A stretch of 58,887 nt of DNA, the filler included. It is 4 parts of 4 records of this genome, joined end to end, with 100 filler letters (N's around TTAATTAATTAA, not from the genome) between each part and the next. Parts side by side here need not be neighbours in the genome. Positions count along the whole stretch, not along the records: positions 1 to 21,509 come from SRR22947725_136; 3 more parts are not named here. One strand, written 5' to 3'. A program made the translations under genes and the position numbers. Positions 1 to 8,863 of this stretch are shown piece by piece (the stretch's first letter is position 1; every line of letters starts with the position of its first letter). The notes beneath the pieces are model-generated. The model was given only the letters and a program-made list of their open reading frames with translations, had not been told where the DNA came from and ran no database searches.

Positions 1-69
1 CCATCAATGAATATTTTAATAAATGTTATGGCTATTGTCAGCTTGGTTATAGCACCTCTTTTGGTTTGA
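1..69 (+). CDS. C-terminal end of a membrane-integral (Na+/H+-translocating) pyrophosphatase, truncated by the window start
   Basis: Frame 1 reads PSMNILINVMAIVSLVIAPLLV*, matching the GPSxNILIKxMxIVSLV last-helix signature of HppA-family proteins. Not in the ORF track. Confidence 0.75.
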   Translation, partial: PSMNILINVMAIVSLVIAPLLV

Positions 70-77
70 TTTATAAA

Positions 78-107
78 AATGAATAAAGCTATATAGCTTT
101 ATTCATT
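78..107. terminator. Perfect 30-bp palindrome, probable bidirectional terminator
   Basis: AATGAATAAAGCTATATAGCTTTATTCATT is its own reverse complement. It lies at the convergent 3' ends of the PPase fragment (stop 69) and mmsB (stop 99-101, which it overlaps). Confidence 0.6.
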
Positions 108-971
108 AAATTTTGTTATGGCAGAAAAATCTAAGTCACCTTTTTTTTGGTTTACCATATTCCCAAAGCTTTCTTGAGCTTTCGTTCCAAAAGGTGCAGA
201 TGTGTTTGTGCTTTGTATAGCTTTAAGAGCTATACTTAAATCTTTAAACATTAAGCTTGCTGAAAAACCTGGTTCAAAGTTATTGTCTGCAGGACTTTGA
301 GGTCCTACCCCCTTAATAGGACAATAATTATTTATAGCCCAACAAGAGCTAGTGGAAGTTGATAATATTTCAAATAGTTTTTGAGGATCCAACCCTAAAT
401 TTTTACCTAAGTTGAAAGCTTCTCCTACACCAATCATAGTCGTTGCTAACAGCATATTATTACATGCTTTTGTGGCTTGTCCTGTTCCATAAGACCCACA
501 CAGAAGTGATTTTTTTCCCATTACTTCAAATAATGGTAACATTATTTTATAGGCGTTTTCTGTGCCACCTACCATAAAAGTTAGAGTGCCATTTTCAGCA
601 CCACCAACACCACCTGAAACTGGAGCATCAAGAGACAAAAGTTTTCTATCTTCACATTTTTTGTGTAAAATTTTTGCTTGATCAACATCAATAGTGGAGC
701 AGTCTGTTATCAATGTACCCGGCCTTAAGCTATCTATAATGCTGTCTAAGACTTGCTTTACAACGTCTCCATTAGGTAACATTGTGATTATTATATCTAT
801 ATCTTTTGGTATATCATTTAAATCAGAAGCTTTTTTAAGTCCTTTTGGTAAAAGTTGTTTTACAAATTCTTCATTAATATCATAGCCAATAACTTCGTAA
901 TTAGCATTCAAAAGGTTTGTTACCATTCGAGCACCCATGTTGCCTAAGCCAACAAAACCGACTTTTTTCAT
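99..971 (-). CDS. mmsB: 3-hydroxyisobutyrate dehydrogenase
   Basis: GFVGLGNMG Rossmann motif, LDAPVSGG, GTLTFMVGG, KACNN, and the YCPxxGVGPxSPADxxFEPGF tail typical of HIBADH. Confidence 0.9.
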   Translation of the reverse strand: MKKVGFVGLGNMGARMVTNLLNANYEVIGYDINEEFVKQLLPKGLKKASDLNDIPKDIDIIITMLPNGDVVKQVLDSIIDSLRPGTLITDCSTIDVDQAKILHKKCEDRKLLSLDAPVSGGVGGAENGTLTFMVGGTENAYKIMLPLFEVMGKKSLLCGSYGTGQATKACNNMLLATTMIGVGEAFNLGKNLGLDPQKLFEILSTSTSSCWAINNYCPIKGVGPQSPADNNFEPGFSASLMFKDLSIALKAIQSTNTSAPFGTKAQESFGNMVNQKKGDLDFSAITKFNE

Positions 972-2122
972 TTTAATTCTCCTTTATTAAGACATTCAGA
1001 TAGAGGGATGGTTTGACTTTTAATTATACGCTCTGAGGTTAGAATTTTTTGGTTGATTTGTAAATCTTGCTTTAAGCCAAACAAATAAGGATACCATTCT
1101 CTCGATAATTTACTATTCCATTTCCACAAAAGAAAATCTAATTTTTCAATATCTTCCATCTTAATTTTAAGAGATTGAGTGGATGGATTTAAACCGAAAT
1201 CTGGCTTTAGAAAATATTTTTTAATATTGAGAAAAGCATTTGGAACATTATGAATGTTTAAAATATTTTCCCATTCTATTTTTGAAAGTTTCCCAATTAT
1301 ACTTTTCCCAAATATATCTAAAACCAAAAGATCTGTTTTTATTAAACCTGTAGGATTAACCATTATATTCTTAACGTTTTCTCTTCCTAAAGTTGGTCCT
1401 ATAAAAAAGCGTCGTGGACAATAATCATTGGCATAAAAGTTATCCCAAATAATGATCTGATTGGATAATATTTTTTTAACTTTTTGATAATTTTTATAAG
1501 TTTTAGCAACTACATTTTTACCACAATAAAATACTTTTATATTAGGGTTCAATGTTTTGCTTAAATCTTGCAGGTAAGTGGGATCATTACGTATTAATTC
1601 ATCAGCATAAACTCTTGGTACAAAAAATATATTTTGCCCTAATTTATCGGATAGTTTATTTGCTAAAATAGCATGATACGTGCCTTCAGATATATCAATG
1701 CCAAATTTTTTTTTAAAATCGTTGGGAATATCGTCTAACATTAAAGCGATAGAATTAGCTCCATCCTCAAGTAATTGTTTTGCTTTTTTAAATAGTAATT
1801 CGAAATCTGAGTTTTCATTATTTATAGAAACATTGTGTAATTCTTTAAAATTAAAATCTAGTCCAGGAGCAACTCCAGCTATAACATTTATGTTATTTTT
1901 TTTACTTAATTGAGTGAACTTCTGAAAACTAAGACGCCAATTTTTACTATATTTTTTCCTCCAACATAATCTATGACAAACATCCTCTTTGGGAGCATAG
2001 AAATAAGTGTTCATCTTGTTTTTATGAAGTGATTTGATTATAAGTTCTCTGTTTTCCCAGGATAATAATCTTCCATAGTATCCTTCTATATACCCGATGA
2101 TGTTATTTCCATTGTTTTTCAT
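968..2122 (-). CDS. GH84 beta-N-acetylglucosaminidase (O-GlcNAcase/NAGidase family), no signal peptide
   Basis: GYIEGYYG, YAPKED..HR..WR, catalytic LDD, WDNFYANDY and MVNP motifs. Start placed at ATG 2122 to avoid overlap with the divergent gene. Stop overlaps the mmsB ATG (ATGA). Confidence 0.85.
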   Translation of the reverse strand: MKNNGNNIIGYIEGYYGRLLSWENRELIIKSLHKNKMNTYFYAPKEDVCHRLCWRKKYSKNWRLSFQKFTQLSKKNNINVIAGVAPGLDFNFKELHNVSINNENSDFELLFKKAKQLLEDGANSIALMLDDIPNDFKKKFGIDISEGTYHAILANKLSDKLGQNIFFVPRVYADELIRNDPTYLQDLSKTLNPNIKVFYCGKNVVAKTYKNYQKVKKILSNQIIIWDNFYANDYCPRRFFIGPTLGRENVKNIMVNPTGLIKTDLLVLDIFGKSIIGKLSKIEWENILNIHNVPNAFLNIKKYFLKPDFGLNPSTQSLKIKMEDIEKLDFLLWKWNSKLSREWYPYLFGLKQDLQINQKILTSERIIKSQTIPLSECLNKGELK

Positions 2123-2178
2123 TTGATATCTTTTTGAATATTGCAATACTATATTATCTTAATTGGGAGAAAAATATA

Positions 2179-2868
2179 ATGAAAGTTTTAGGGATTGGCG
2201 CTCACCCTGATGATATTGAAATTTTTATGTATGGTTTGCTTTCTATTTATAAAAAAGAAGGTCATCAAGTTTATACAATGATTGCTACTGATGGTGCAAA
2301 AGGAGGTGCATATACAGGTAATAAATTGGCCAAGGAAAGAGCTAATGAAGCTATTAGTGGCTTAGAAAAATTATCTTCACCAATTTTCTTAAACTTACCA
2401 GATGGCGAATTAGGTGGAGAATTAGAACATAGAAAAATTATAAAAGAGAATATTTTAAAAATCATGCCTGATTTAATTATTACACACTCTGAAGATGATT
2501 ATCACGCAGATCACAAGTCATTATCTTTAATAACTAAAGGAGCAGTAAGTCATTATATTCCAATTTTATATTGTGATACTTTAATGGGCATTAATTTTCA
2601 TCCTAATTATTATGTTGATATAACTAATTATCAAGAGTCAAAAAAAGAGGCTGTTCTTAAACATAAAACACAAAAACCTGATAGATTTGTGGATTTGTTT
2701 GAGTTAATGAACTCTTATAGGGCTGCTCAATGTAACGCTCCAAAAGGGAACTATGCTGAGGCATATAGTTTTGTACCTTCATTTCCTTTTTCAGACATAA
2801 GAGAAATTTTGCCATCTCCTCTTAAATTAAGACCATTTCACATAGAAAACCAGCATGGTTTTTTATAG
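2179..2868 (+). CDS. PIG-L/LmbE family N-acetylglucosaminyl deacetylase
   Basis: GAHPDDIE and DYHADH zinc motifs; ATG 2179 preceded by GGAGA. Confidence 0.85.
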   Translation: MKVLGIGAHPDDIEIFMYGLLSIYKKEGHQVYTMIATDGAKGGAYTGNKLAKERANEAISGLEKLSSPIFLNLPDGELGGELEHRKIIKENILKIMPDLIITHSEDDYHADHKSLSLITKGAVSHYIPILYCDTLMGINFHPNYYVDITNYQESKKEAVLKHKTQKPDRFVDLFELMNSYRAAQCNAPKGNYAEAYSFVPSFPFSDIREILPSPLKLRPFHIENQHGFL

Positions 2869-3960
2869 TTATAGATATTTATATAACTTTCCACCTGAAG
2901 ATGGTTTTGACACTCCGGTTGTCGAAGGAAATGTGAATGGAAGTTTATATATTGATCTGGCTGATAAATAAGCTATTAACTCTGCCTCAATATAATCAAA
3001 GTTAATCCCAATTTTTTTTTCACTAAAAACCTTTATTTTTAATTTATCTTTAAGACGGTCTATTAAATAAATATTTCTATAACCTCCTCCTGTTATTATA
3101 ATATTTTCAACTTTTTTAGGTAAAAATTCTAAACTAGTAATAATAGTTTCAACGGTTAATTCAGCTAATGTTGCCATTATGTCGTGAACAGAGTAATTTT
3201 TTTTTATAAGTTCATTATAAAAATATAAAAAAGTCTGTCTATCGAGAGATTTTGGAGGTGGTTTTTTAAAAAAATCAAATTTTAAAAAATTTATAATTTC
3301 TTCTTTAATAGGAGTCCCTTTGGAAGCAAGAATTCCGTCTTTATCATAACTTTCATTTAATGCGCTAGTCATAAAATCATCCATTAATGCATTCCCAGGC
3401 CCGGTATCAAAACCAATTAATGTTTCTCCGTCCCAGTATGTTAAATTAGAAATACCACCTATATTTAAAAAACAGCATGGTAGTTTTATATCTAATGTTT
3501 CCAAGATAAATTTATGGTATATAGGTGCTATTGGTGCTCCCTGTCCTCCTAAAGAGAGATCCTTTGACCTAAAGTCAAAAATAACGTTTTTATTTAACAT
3601 TTGTGCTAGTTTTTTAGGGTTGCCTAATTGAACAGAAATCTTATTATCCGGGTCATGATAAAGTGTTTGGCCATGGAAACCTATTAATTCACAAGAGCTT
3701 AGAATATCTAAATTTTTTAAAGCTAAATAATGTTCATTAGTGATAAAATCATCTAAATAATCTTTTCTTTTTAAATTAAAATTCAGATCTTCTTTTACAA
3801 TACTCGTTAATGTTTTCTTAGTTTTAGTATTGTATTCATAGAAATAATTCCGATTCAATCTCTTTAAATGCAAGCCATTTGTTTGTACTAAACTAATATC
3901 TATACCATCCATACTAGTACCAGTCATCAAACCAACGATATTTAAAAAATTATATTTCAA
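2869..3960 (-). CDS. anmK: Anhydro-N-acetylmuramic acid kinase
   Basis: GLMTGTSMDGID, GFHGQT, DFRxxDxxxGGQGAP, NIGGISN, FDTGPGN and PPKSLDR motifs; TTG start. Confidence 0.95.
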   Translation of the reverse strand: MKYNFLNIVGLMTGTSMDGIDISLVQTNGLHLKRLNRNYFYEYNTKTKKTLTSIVKEDLNFNLKRKDYLDDFITNEHYLALKNLDILSSCELIGFHGQTLYHDPDNKISVQLGNPKKLAQMLNKNVIFDFRSKDLSLGGQGAPIAPIYHKFILETLDIKLPCCFLNIGGISNLTYWDGETLIGFDTGPGNALMDDFMTSALNESYDKDGILASKGTPIKEEIINFLKFDFFKKPPPKSLDRQTFLYFYNELIKKNYSVHDIMATLAELTVETIITSLEFLPKKVENIIITGGGYRNIYLIDRLKDKLKIKVFSEKKIGINFDYIEAELIAYLSARSIYKLPFTFPSTTGVSKPSSGGKLYKYL

Positions 3961-4011
3961 AATAGATACCTAATTAATATCTTTTTTTTATTCTAACTAT
4001 ATTATAATAAT

Positions 4012-4761
4012 ATGGATAATAATATATCAAAAACTGAACTTTTATATACTAAGAGCAAACCGCTTGACCATTTAACTATATTTGATGGCATTATGCTAAT
4101 GATCGAACAGCAAGCTCAGGCTGTTACAGATGTAAAAAAAGCTCATAAACAAATTGAAAATGCAATAAATAAAATAGTTAAGCAATTAACAGTAAATCAA
4201 AATAGTAGGTTAATTTATGTTGGAGCAGGCACTTCTGGTAGAATAGGTGTGCAAGATGGTGTTGAGCTCTTTCCAACTTTCAATTGGCCAGAAGAGCGAT
4301 TAGACTTTATAATAGCTGGAGGGAAAAAAGCCTTATTAAACGCAGTTGAAAATGCTGAGGATAATATTTACAATGCAAAAAAAATTGTAAACGATAAAAC
4401 TATAAACTCAAAAGATATAATTATTGGTTTAGCAGCAAGTGGAAACACACCATTCACTTGCAAGGTTTTGGAAGAATGCTTTAACAGAGGTGCTTTGACA
4501 ATTGCAATAAGTAATAATCCTAAAGGCAAACTTTTAAATTATGGCAAAATAAAAATTACCTTGGATACAAAAGAAGAAATTATAGCAGGGTCAACCAGAC
4601 TAAAAGCAGGTACTGCGCAAAAAATATGTTTAAACATAATTTCATCAATGGTTATGACCAAGCTTGGAAGAGTAAGAAATGGATATATGAATGCAATGGT
4701 TCCAACCAACCGTAAATTAAGAAAAAGACAAGAGTTTATACAAAATAAACTTTTAAAATAG
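4012..4761 (+). CDS. murQ: N-acetylmuramic acid 6-phosphate etherase (short form)
   Basis: YVGAGTSGRIG, DGVELFPTF, AVENAED, AASGNTPF and GSTRLKAGTAQK motifs. Confidence 0.92.
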   Translation: MDNNISKTELLYTKSKPLDHLTIFDGIMLMIEQQAQAVTDVKKAHKQIENAINKIVKQLTVNQNSRLIYVGAGTSGRIGVQDGVELFPTFNWPEERLDFIIAGGKKALLNAVENAEDNIYNAKKIVNDKTINSKDIIIGLAASGNTPFTCKVLEECFNRGALTIAISNNPKGKLLNYGKIKITLDTKEEIIAGSTRLKAGTAQKICLNIISSMVMTKLGRVRNGYMNAMVPTNRKLRKRQEFIQNKLLK

Positions 4762-4809
4762 TGTAAAGCTATTTAAAGTAAAAAAATAAATATACTGAGA
4801 TTTTTTATT

Positions 4810-5874
4810 ATGATTAATAACATTATAATTCAGGAATATTATAATTTTTTTATTTTATTTTTTTCATCAGCCTCTTTTTCTTTTTTCTTTATAAAATTCT
4901 TTCCTATTATTAAGAATCATATATATCATTCAAATGGACCACAAAAAATACATACAGGGGATGTATCAAGATTAGGTGGTCTATCTATTTTTTTATCATT
5001 TTGCGTAATGTTATTTTATCAAGAAACTTTTCAAATTAAAATAACCGAGTATTTAATTTGTTTTTTGCCAGTATTTCTCATAGGTTTAGTAGAAGACATA
5101 ACTCAACGAGTAAAACCAACTATAAGATTAATGTCTGCTTTTATAAGTTCCGTGATATTTATCTATATTACTGATATCACAATCAATAGATTAGGGTTTT
5201 ATATTGGTGATTTATTCTTAAACTATAAACCATTATCAATGGTATTTACTATTTTATGTATTGCTTATTTAACACAGGCGTTTAACATTATTGATGGTTT
5301 GAATGGGTTAAGTTTGTGCACAAGCATAATTTGCCTCTTATCATTGGCAATCATTTCTGAAAATAATTTCAATTACTTAATTTTTCAGCAATCTTTGAAT
5401 TTAATATTCATTTTGTTGGGTGTATTATTATTTAACTTTTTTGGAAAAATATTTATAGGAGATTCTGGCGCTTATTTAATAGGATTCATCATTGCAACAA
5501 TAGCTATAAATTTAAGTGTAAATAATCACTACTTATCACCGTTTGTAATAGTATTGATTTTATTCTATCCTTCTTGGGAATTATTAAGAACCATATTGAG
5601 AAGGTTTTTAAATAAAAAAAATATTTTTAGTCCAGATGCTAAGCATTTACATAGTTTGTTATATTCAAATAATTTAAAGAGGTTTAAATTTAGTAATTTC
5701 AAAACTAATCTTTTTACTTCTCTTCAAATTATTTTTTTTCAATTAGTAATTTTTATATATGTAATAAGTTTTTATAGAAATGAAAATCTATTGATTTTAG
5801 GGATAGCAATATCTATATCATTTTATGAGCTTATCTATAAAATTGAAAAAAATTATTTAAATAAACAAGCTTAA
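4810..5874 (+). CDS. MraY/WecA-family polyprenyl-phosphate N-acetylhexosamine-1-phosphate transferase
   Basis: Multi-TM protein with PQKIH..RLGG, NIIDGLNGL, IFIGDSGAY and PDxxHLHS motifs. Confidence 0.85.
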   Translation: MINNIIIQEYYNFFILFFSSASFSFFFIKFFPIIKNHIYHSNGPQKIHTGDVSRLGGLSIFLSFCVMLFYQETFQIKITEYLICFLPVFLIGLVEDITQRVKPTIRLMSAFISSVIFIYITDITINRLGFYIGDLFLNYKPLSMVFTILCIAYLTQAFNIIDGLNGLSLCTSIICLLSLAIISENNFNYLIFQQSLNLIFILLGVLLFNFFGKIFIGDSGAYLIGFIIATIAINLSVNNHYLSPFVIVLILFYPSWELLRTILRRFLNKKNIFSPDAKHLHSLLYSNNLKRFKFSNFKTNLFTSLQIIFFQLVIFIYVISFYRNENLLILGIAISISFYELIYKIEKNYLNKQA

Positions 5875-5879
5875 ATAGT

Positions 5880-6644
5880 CTAGTTAATTTCATTAAAATC
5901 AAGTATTTTAATTAATTTGTTATCTTTCTCTATTCTACATCTAATATTTTGTAGTGGTTCAATAACTGTTTTCATATGAAAAGCATTAGCATGGATACAA
6001 TTTAAATGATCTATCATTATACCAACATGCCCTTCCCAAAAAATAACTGCGCCACGAGAAAGATTTTTTGTTGATGTTATAAGTTTTTTTGGTAGTTTGA
6101 TCTGGTCAGATGTGTTTCTGGGTATCATTTCTCCATAAGTTGCGTAGGAAAGTTGAAGCAAGGCAGAGCAATCGATTCCTATTGTATCTCGTCCCCCCCA
6201 TTTATAAGGTGTATTAATTAATTGTTCAGCTTTGCTAACCCAATCTTTAATTTTTTTATCAATTTGGATAATATGTTTACTAGGTACATAACCTTGTAGA
6301 CAAATGTGTTTTCTCGACAAGAGAACTTTTGACCAATTATCATCAATTTCTACTACGCAAATTTGAGAACCCATTGGGAGATAATGGATTATACTTGCTT
6401 TTATATCTTTTTTTTCAAAAATAAATGTTCTTTTGTTTAGCACTCTATGAGTTGCTTTTCCTAAATATTCAACTCCTTCTTTTTTTATCCATCCATAATA
6501 ATTGTCTGTTTTTAGGATACAAAATAACCAATCTGAATGTGTATCTAAAATTTCTATAGATTCACCAAACAAGCATTCAGTCTCAAGATTTAAACTGTCA
6601 TCAGGCTTTTTTCTCATTACAATTGAAGGTTTAACTATATTCAT
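5880..6644 (-). CDS. NlpC/P60 (C40) peptidase with N-terminal SH3b-like domains
   Basis: PYKWGG..GIDCS, GHVG and IHAN catalytic motifs; YYGWI and GYVP SH3b-like segments. ATG 6644 overlaps the amidase stop (ATGA). Confidence 0.88.
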   Translation of the reverse strand: MNIVKPSIVMRKKPDDSLNLETECLFGESIEILDTHSDWLFCILKTDNYYGWIKKEGVEYLGKATHRVLNKRTFIFEKKDIKASIIHYLPMGSQICVVEIDDNWSKVLLSRKHICLQGYVPSKHIIQIDKKIKDWVSKAEQLINTPYKWGGRDTIGIDCSALLQLSYATYGEMIPRNTSDQIKLPKKLITSTKNLSRGAVIFWEGHVGIMIDHLNCIHANAFHMKTVIEPLQNIRCRIEKDNKLIKILDFNEIN

Positions 6645-7045
6645 ATATTCTTTATTTTTAACCATTCACCAACATTAAAGTTAGGACATGTTTTTAAAGT
6701 TTGACCGGTATCGCAATGACCTAGTATGTCTGCATTAGGATATTTATTTCTCCATTCTCTTAAAACCTTTTCTAAAGAAATATACTGTTTTTCTGTAAAA
6801 TGATTTCTTCCAATAAGACATACTCCTAGACTTACATCATTTTTACCCTTGACATGGGCTCCAACCCAGTATTCTGGTCTACCGTTTTGAATTTCACCAG
6901 ATCTAAGAATTACTTTATGATACCCAATACCATCCCAACTAAACCCTAAATGCATTTTATGAATGTCAGATGCTTCTAGTTCTTTTTCATTTTCAGTGTC
7001 TGAACAATGAATAACCAATAATTTAATATTTTGAGAATGGAGCAT
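6641..7045 (-). CDS. N-acetylmuramoyl-L-alanine amidase (Amidase_2, T7-lysozyme-like)
   Basis: VIHCS, IGYH, GR..GAH, GHxD and KTCP zinc-amidase motifs; 134 aa, no signal peptide. Confidence 0.88.
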   Translation of the reverse strand: MLHSQNIKLLVIHCSDTENEKELEASDIHKMHLGFSWDGIGYHKVILRSGEIQNGRPEYWVGAHVKGKNDVSLGVCLIGRNHFTEKQYISLEKVLREWRNKYPNADILGHCDTGQTLKTCPNFNVGEWLKIKNI

Positions 7046-7183
7046 TTTAATATTTCTATCGATTAAAAAATAAAGTTATTGTTTTTATAATATCTTGTAA
7101 AGTTTAATAAAATAATTGTAATTTTCTTATTAGTAAAAACAAAACTTGATATTAGAATTATCAATAGCTTAATACGTCAATGT

Positions 7184-8848
7184 TTATAAATTTAAATTAC
7201 GGTCACAGTATGGTATGAGTTCTTTTTTATGTGTTATAAAAATTACTGTTATAAGATTTTCCTTACAAAACTTAAAAAGGTTTTTTAATATTTTGTGTTC
7301 GGTTTTTGAATCTAGTGCATTAGTAGCTTCGTCTAATATTAAGATTCTTGGTCTTTGATATAAAGCACGAGCTATTCCAAGTCTTTGTCTTTGTCCTCCA
7401 GACATAGCAGAACCACCTTGTGTGATTATTTCGTGAAAACCATTTTTAAGAGTTTTAAACCAACTTTCTAAATCAACTAATTTTAAAACATCATTGACAT
7501 TTTTGATATTGCTATTTTCAGCTGTATCTAAAATGATATTTTCAAGTACTGTGCCATGAAAAATAAAAATTTCTTGAGGAACATAACTGGCTCCCTTTTT
7601 TTTGTAACAATCTTTACCAGGTACAACGGATCCTTTTGCTGGGTCTAAAAACCCTAAAATTAAATTAACTAAAGTTGATTTCCCAGTTCCAGATTTACCA
7701 GTAACAGCTACAAATTCACCTTCTTTAATTTCCATATTAAACTTGTGGAAAATATTAATTTTAGGGTTGTAGTTAAAACTAACGTTAGAAAACTTAATAT
7801 TTCCAGAAATATATTCTTTTTTGAATTTTTGGTCATTTTTGACATTTAAACTTTTATGAAACTTCATTTGATATAAAAAATCTGAAACAGAATCCTCATT
7901 AGACTTTATATACGTCCATCCAGAAAATGCAGCCTGAAAATACGGCATAAAACGCTGAAGTGCAAAAACTATGGCGGCAACAAAGGGAAAGTAATCAGAA
8001 AAATTTTGGTAACCGTCTACCATAAATATAAATATAAAAATTAATGTAATTAAAGCTGGCTCTATAATTAACCTAGGAGTAGCAGAAATTATACGTGAGA
8101 ATGCACTTGAAAATAATGTATTTTTTGCAAAATTTGAAAATTGATTATTTAAAAATGGTTCAGCTTTGTAAAGTTTCAACTCTCGATAACCTGCTTTTTT
8201 TATTAGTGCTAGTCGAGACATATTTTCATATCCCTGGTTAATTAAAGTACTGCAATTTTTTAAAATTTGTCTTAATTTATACATTATTAAAAAATACAAA
8301 ATTGCTATTAATGTTATAGCTAAAAGAACTAAAGGCCCCACAAACGTAATAAGAAAAATTAATAATAAGATTAAAAGGATAAACGAAGATACTATACTTA
8401 ATAATGGAATTATTAGCCCTTCAATCACTGCGGTTAATTTAACAGTAACAGTTGTAACAAAGTAATCTGTTGGTTTGTTATTAACACTTAAAAATTCTCT
8501 ATTACTTATTCCCTTGAAGATCTTAACACAAAGCTCGTATCCTATAATGAATGCAATTTTGTTTTGTAGCCAAAGGTAAAAAAATCTTAAGCTATATGAA
8601 ACGAATAAAATCGCTAAAAATATTATAGCTAATTCAATGAATGTTTTTTTCTGATCTAATTCTAGCCAAGGTAGAATATTAATAAAGCTGTTTGAACTTT
8701 TACCTAGAACAACATTAATTAGAGGAATGACCGCCCCTATACTTACTAATTCGGCAATAGACGCTAGCAGAGAAATAAAAAGAACCAAAATCATTAAGTA
8801 AGTTTGTTTTTTGCTTAAATATGCATATAATTTAAAAATATTATTCAG
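7184..8848 (-). CDS. ABC exporter (fused TMD-NBD), glycan/lipid-linked oligosaccharide flippase type
   Basis: Hydrophobic N-terminal half, GKSGTGKST, SGGQRQR and LDEATNALD. The frame is open upstream of ATG 8794 to a CTG at 8848. Confidence 0.85.
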   Translation of the reverse strand: MNNIFKLYAYLSKKQTYLMILVLFISLLASIAELVSIGAVIPLINVVLGKSSNSFINILPWLELDQKKTFIELAIIFLAILFVSYSLRFFYLWLQNKIAFIIGYELCVKIFKGISNREFLSVNNKPTDYFVTTVTVKLTAVIEGLIIPLLSIVSSFILLILLLIFLITFVGPLVLLAITLIAILYFLIMYKLRQILKNCSTLINQGYENMSRLALIKKAGYRELKLYKAEPFLNNQFSNFAKNTLFSSAFSRIISATPRLIIEPALITLIFIFIFMVDGYQNFSDYFPFVAAIVFALQRFMPYFQAAFSGWTYIKSNEDSVSDFLYQMKFHKSLNVKNDQKFKKEYISGNIKFSNVSFNYNPKINIFHKFNMEIKEGEFVAVTGKSGTGKSTLVNLILGFLDPAKGSVVPGKDCYKKKGASYVPQEIFIFHGTVLENIILDTAENSNIKNVNDVLKLVDLESWFKTLKNGFHEIITQGGSAMSGGQRQRLGIARALYQRPRILILDEATNALDSKTEHKILKNLFKFCKENLITVIFITHKKELIPYCDRNLNL

Positions 8849-8863
8849 ATTATGACCCTTTGG

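Noticed and set aside
6641-7045. Prophage suggested by the T7-lysozyme-like amidase
   Set aside because: No holin, structural, integrase or replication genes nearby; the gene is coupled to a cellular NlpC/P60.
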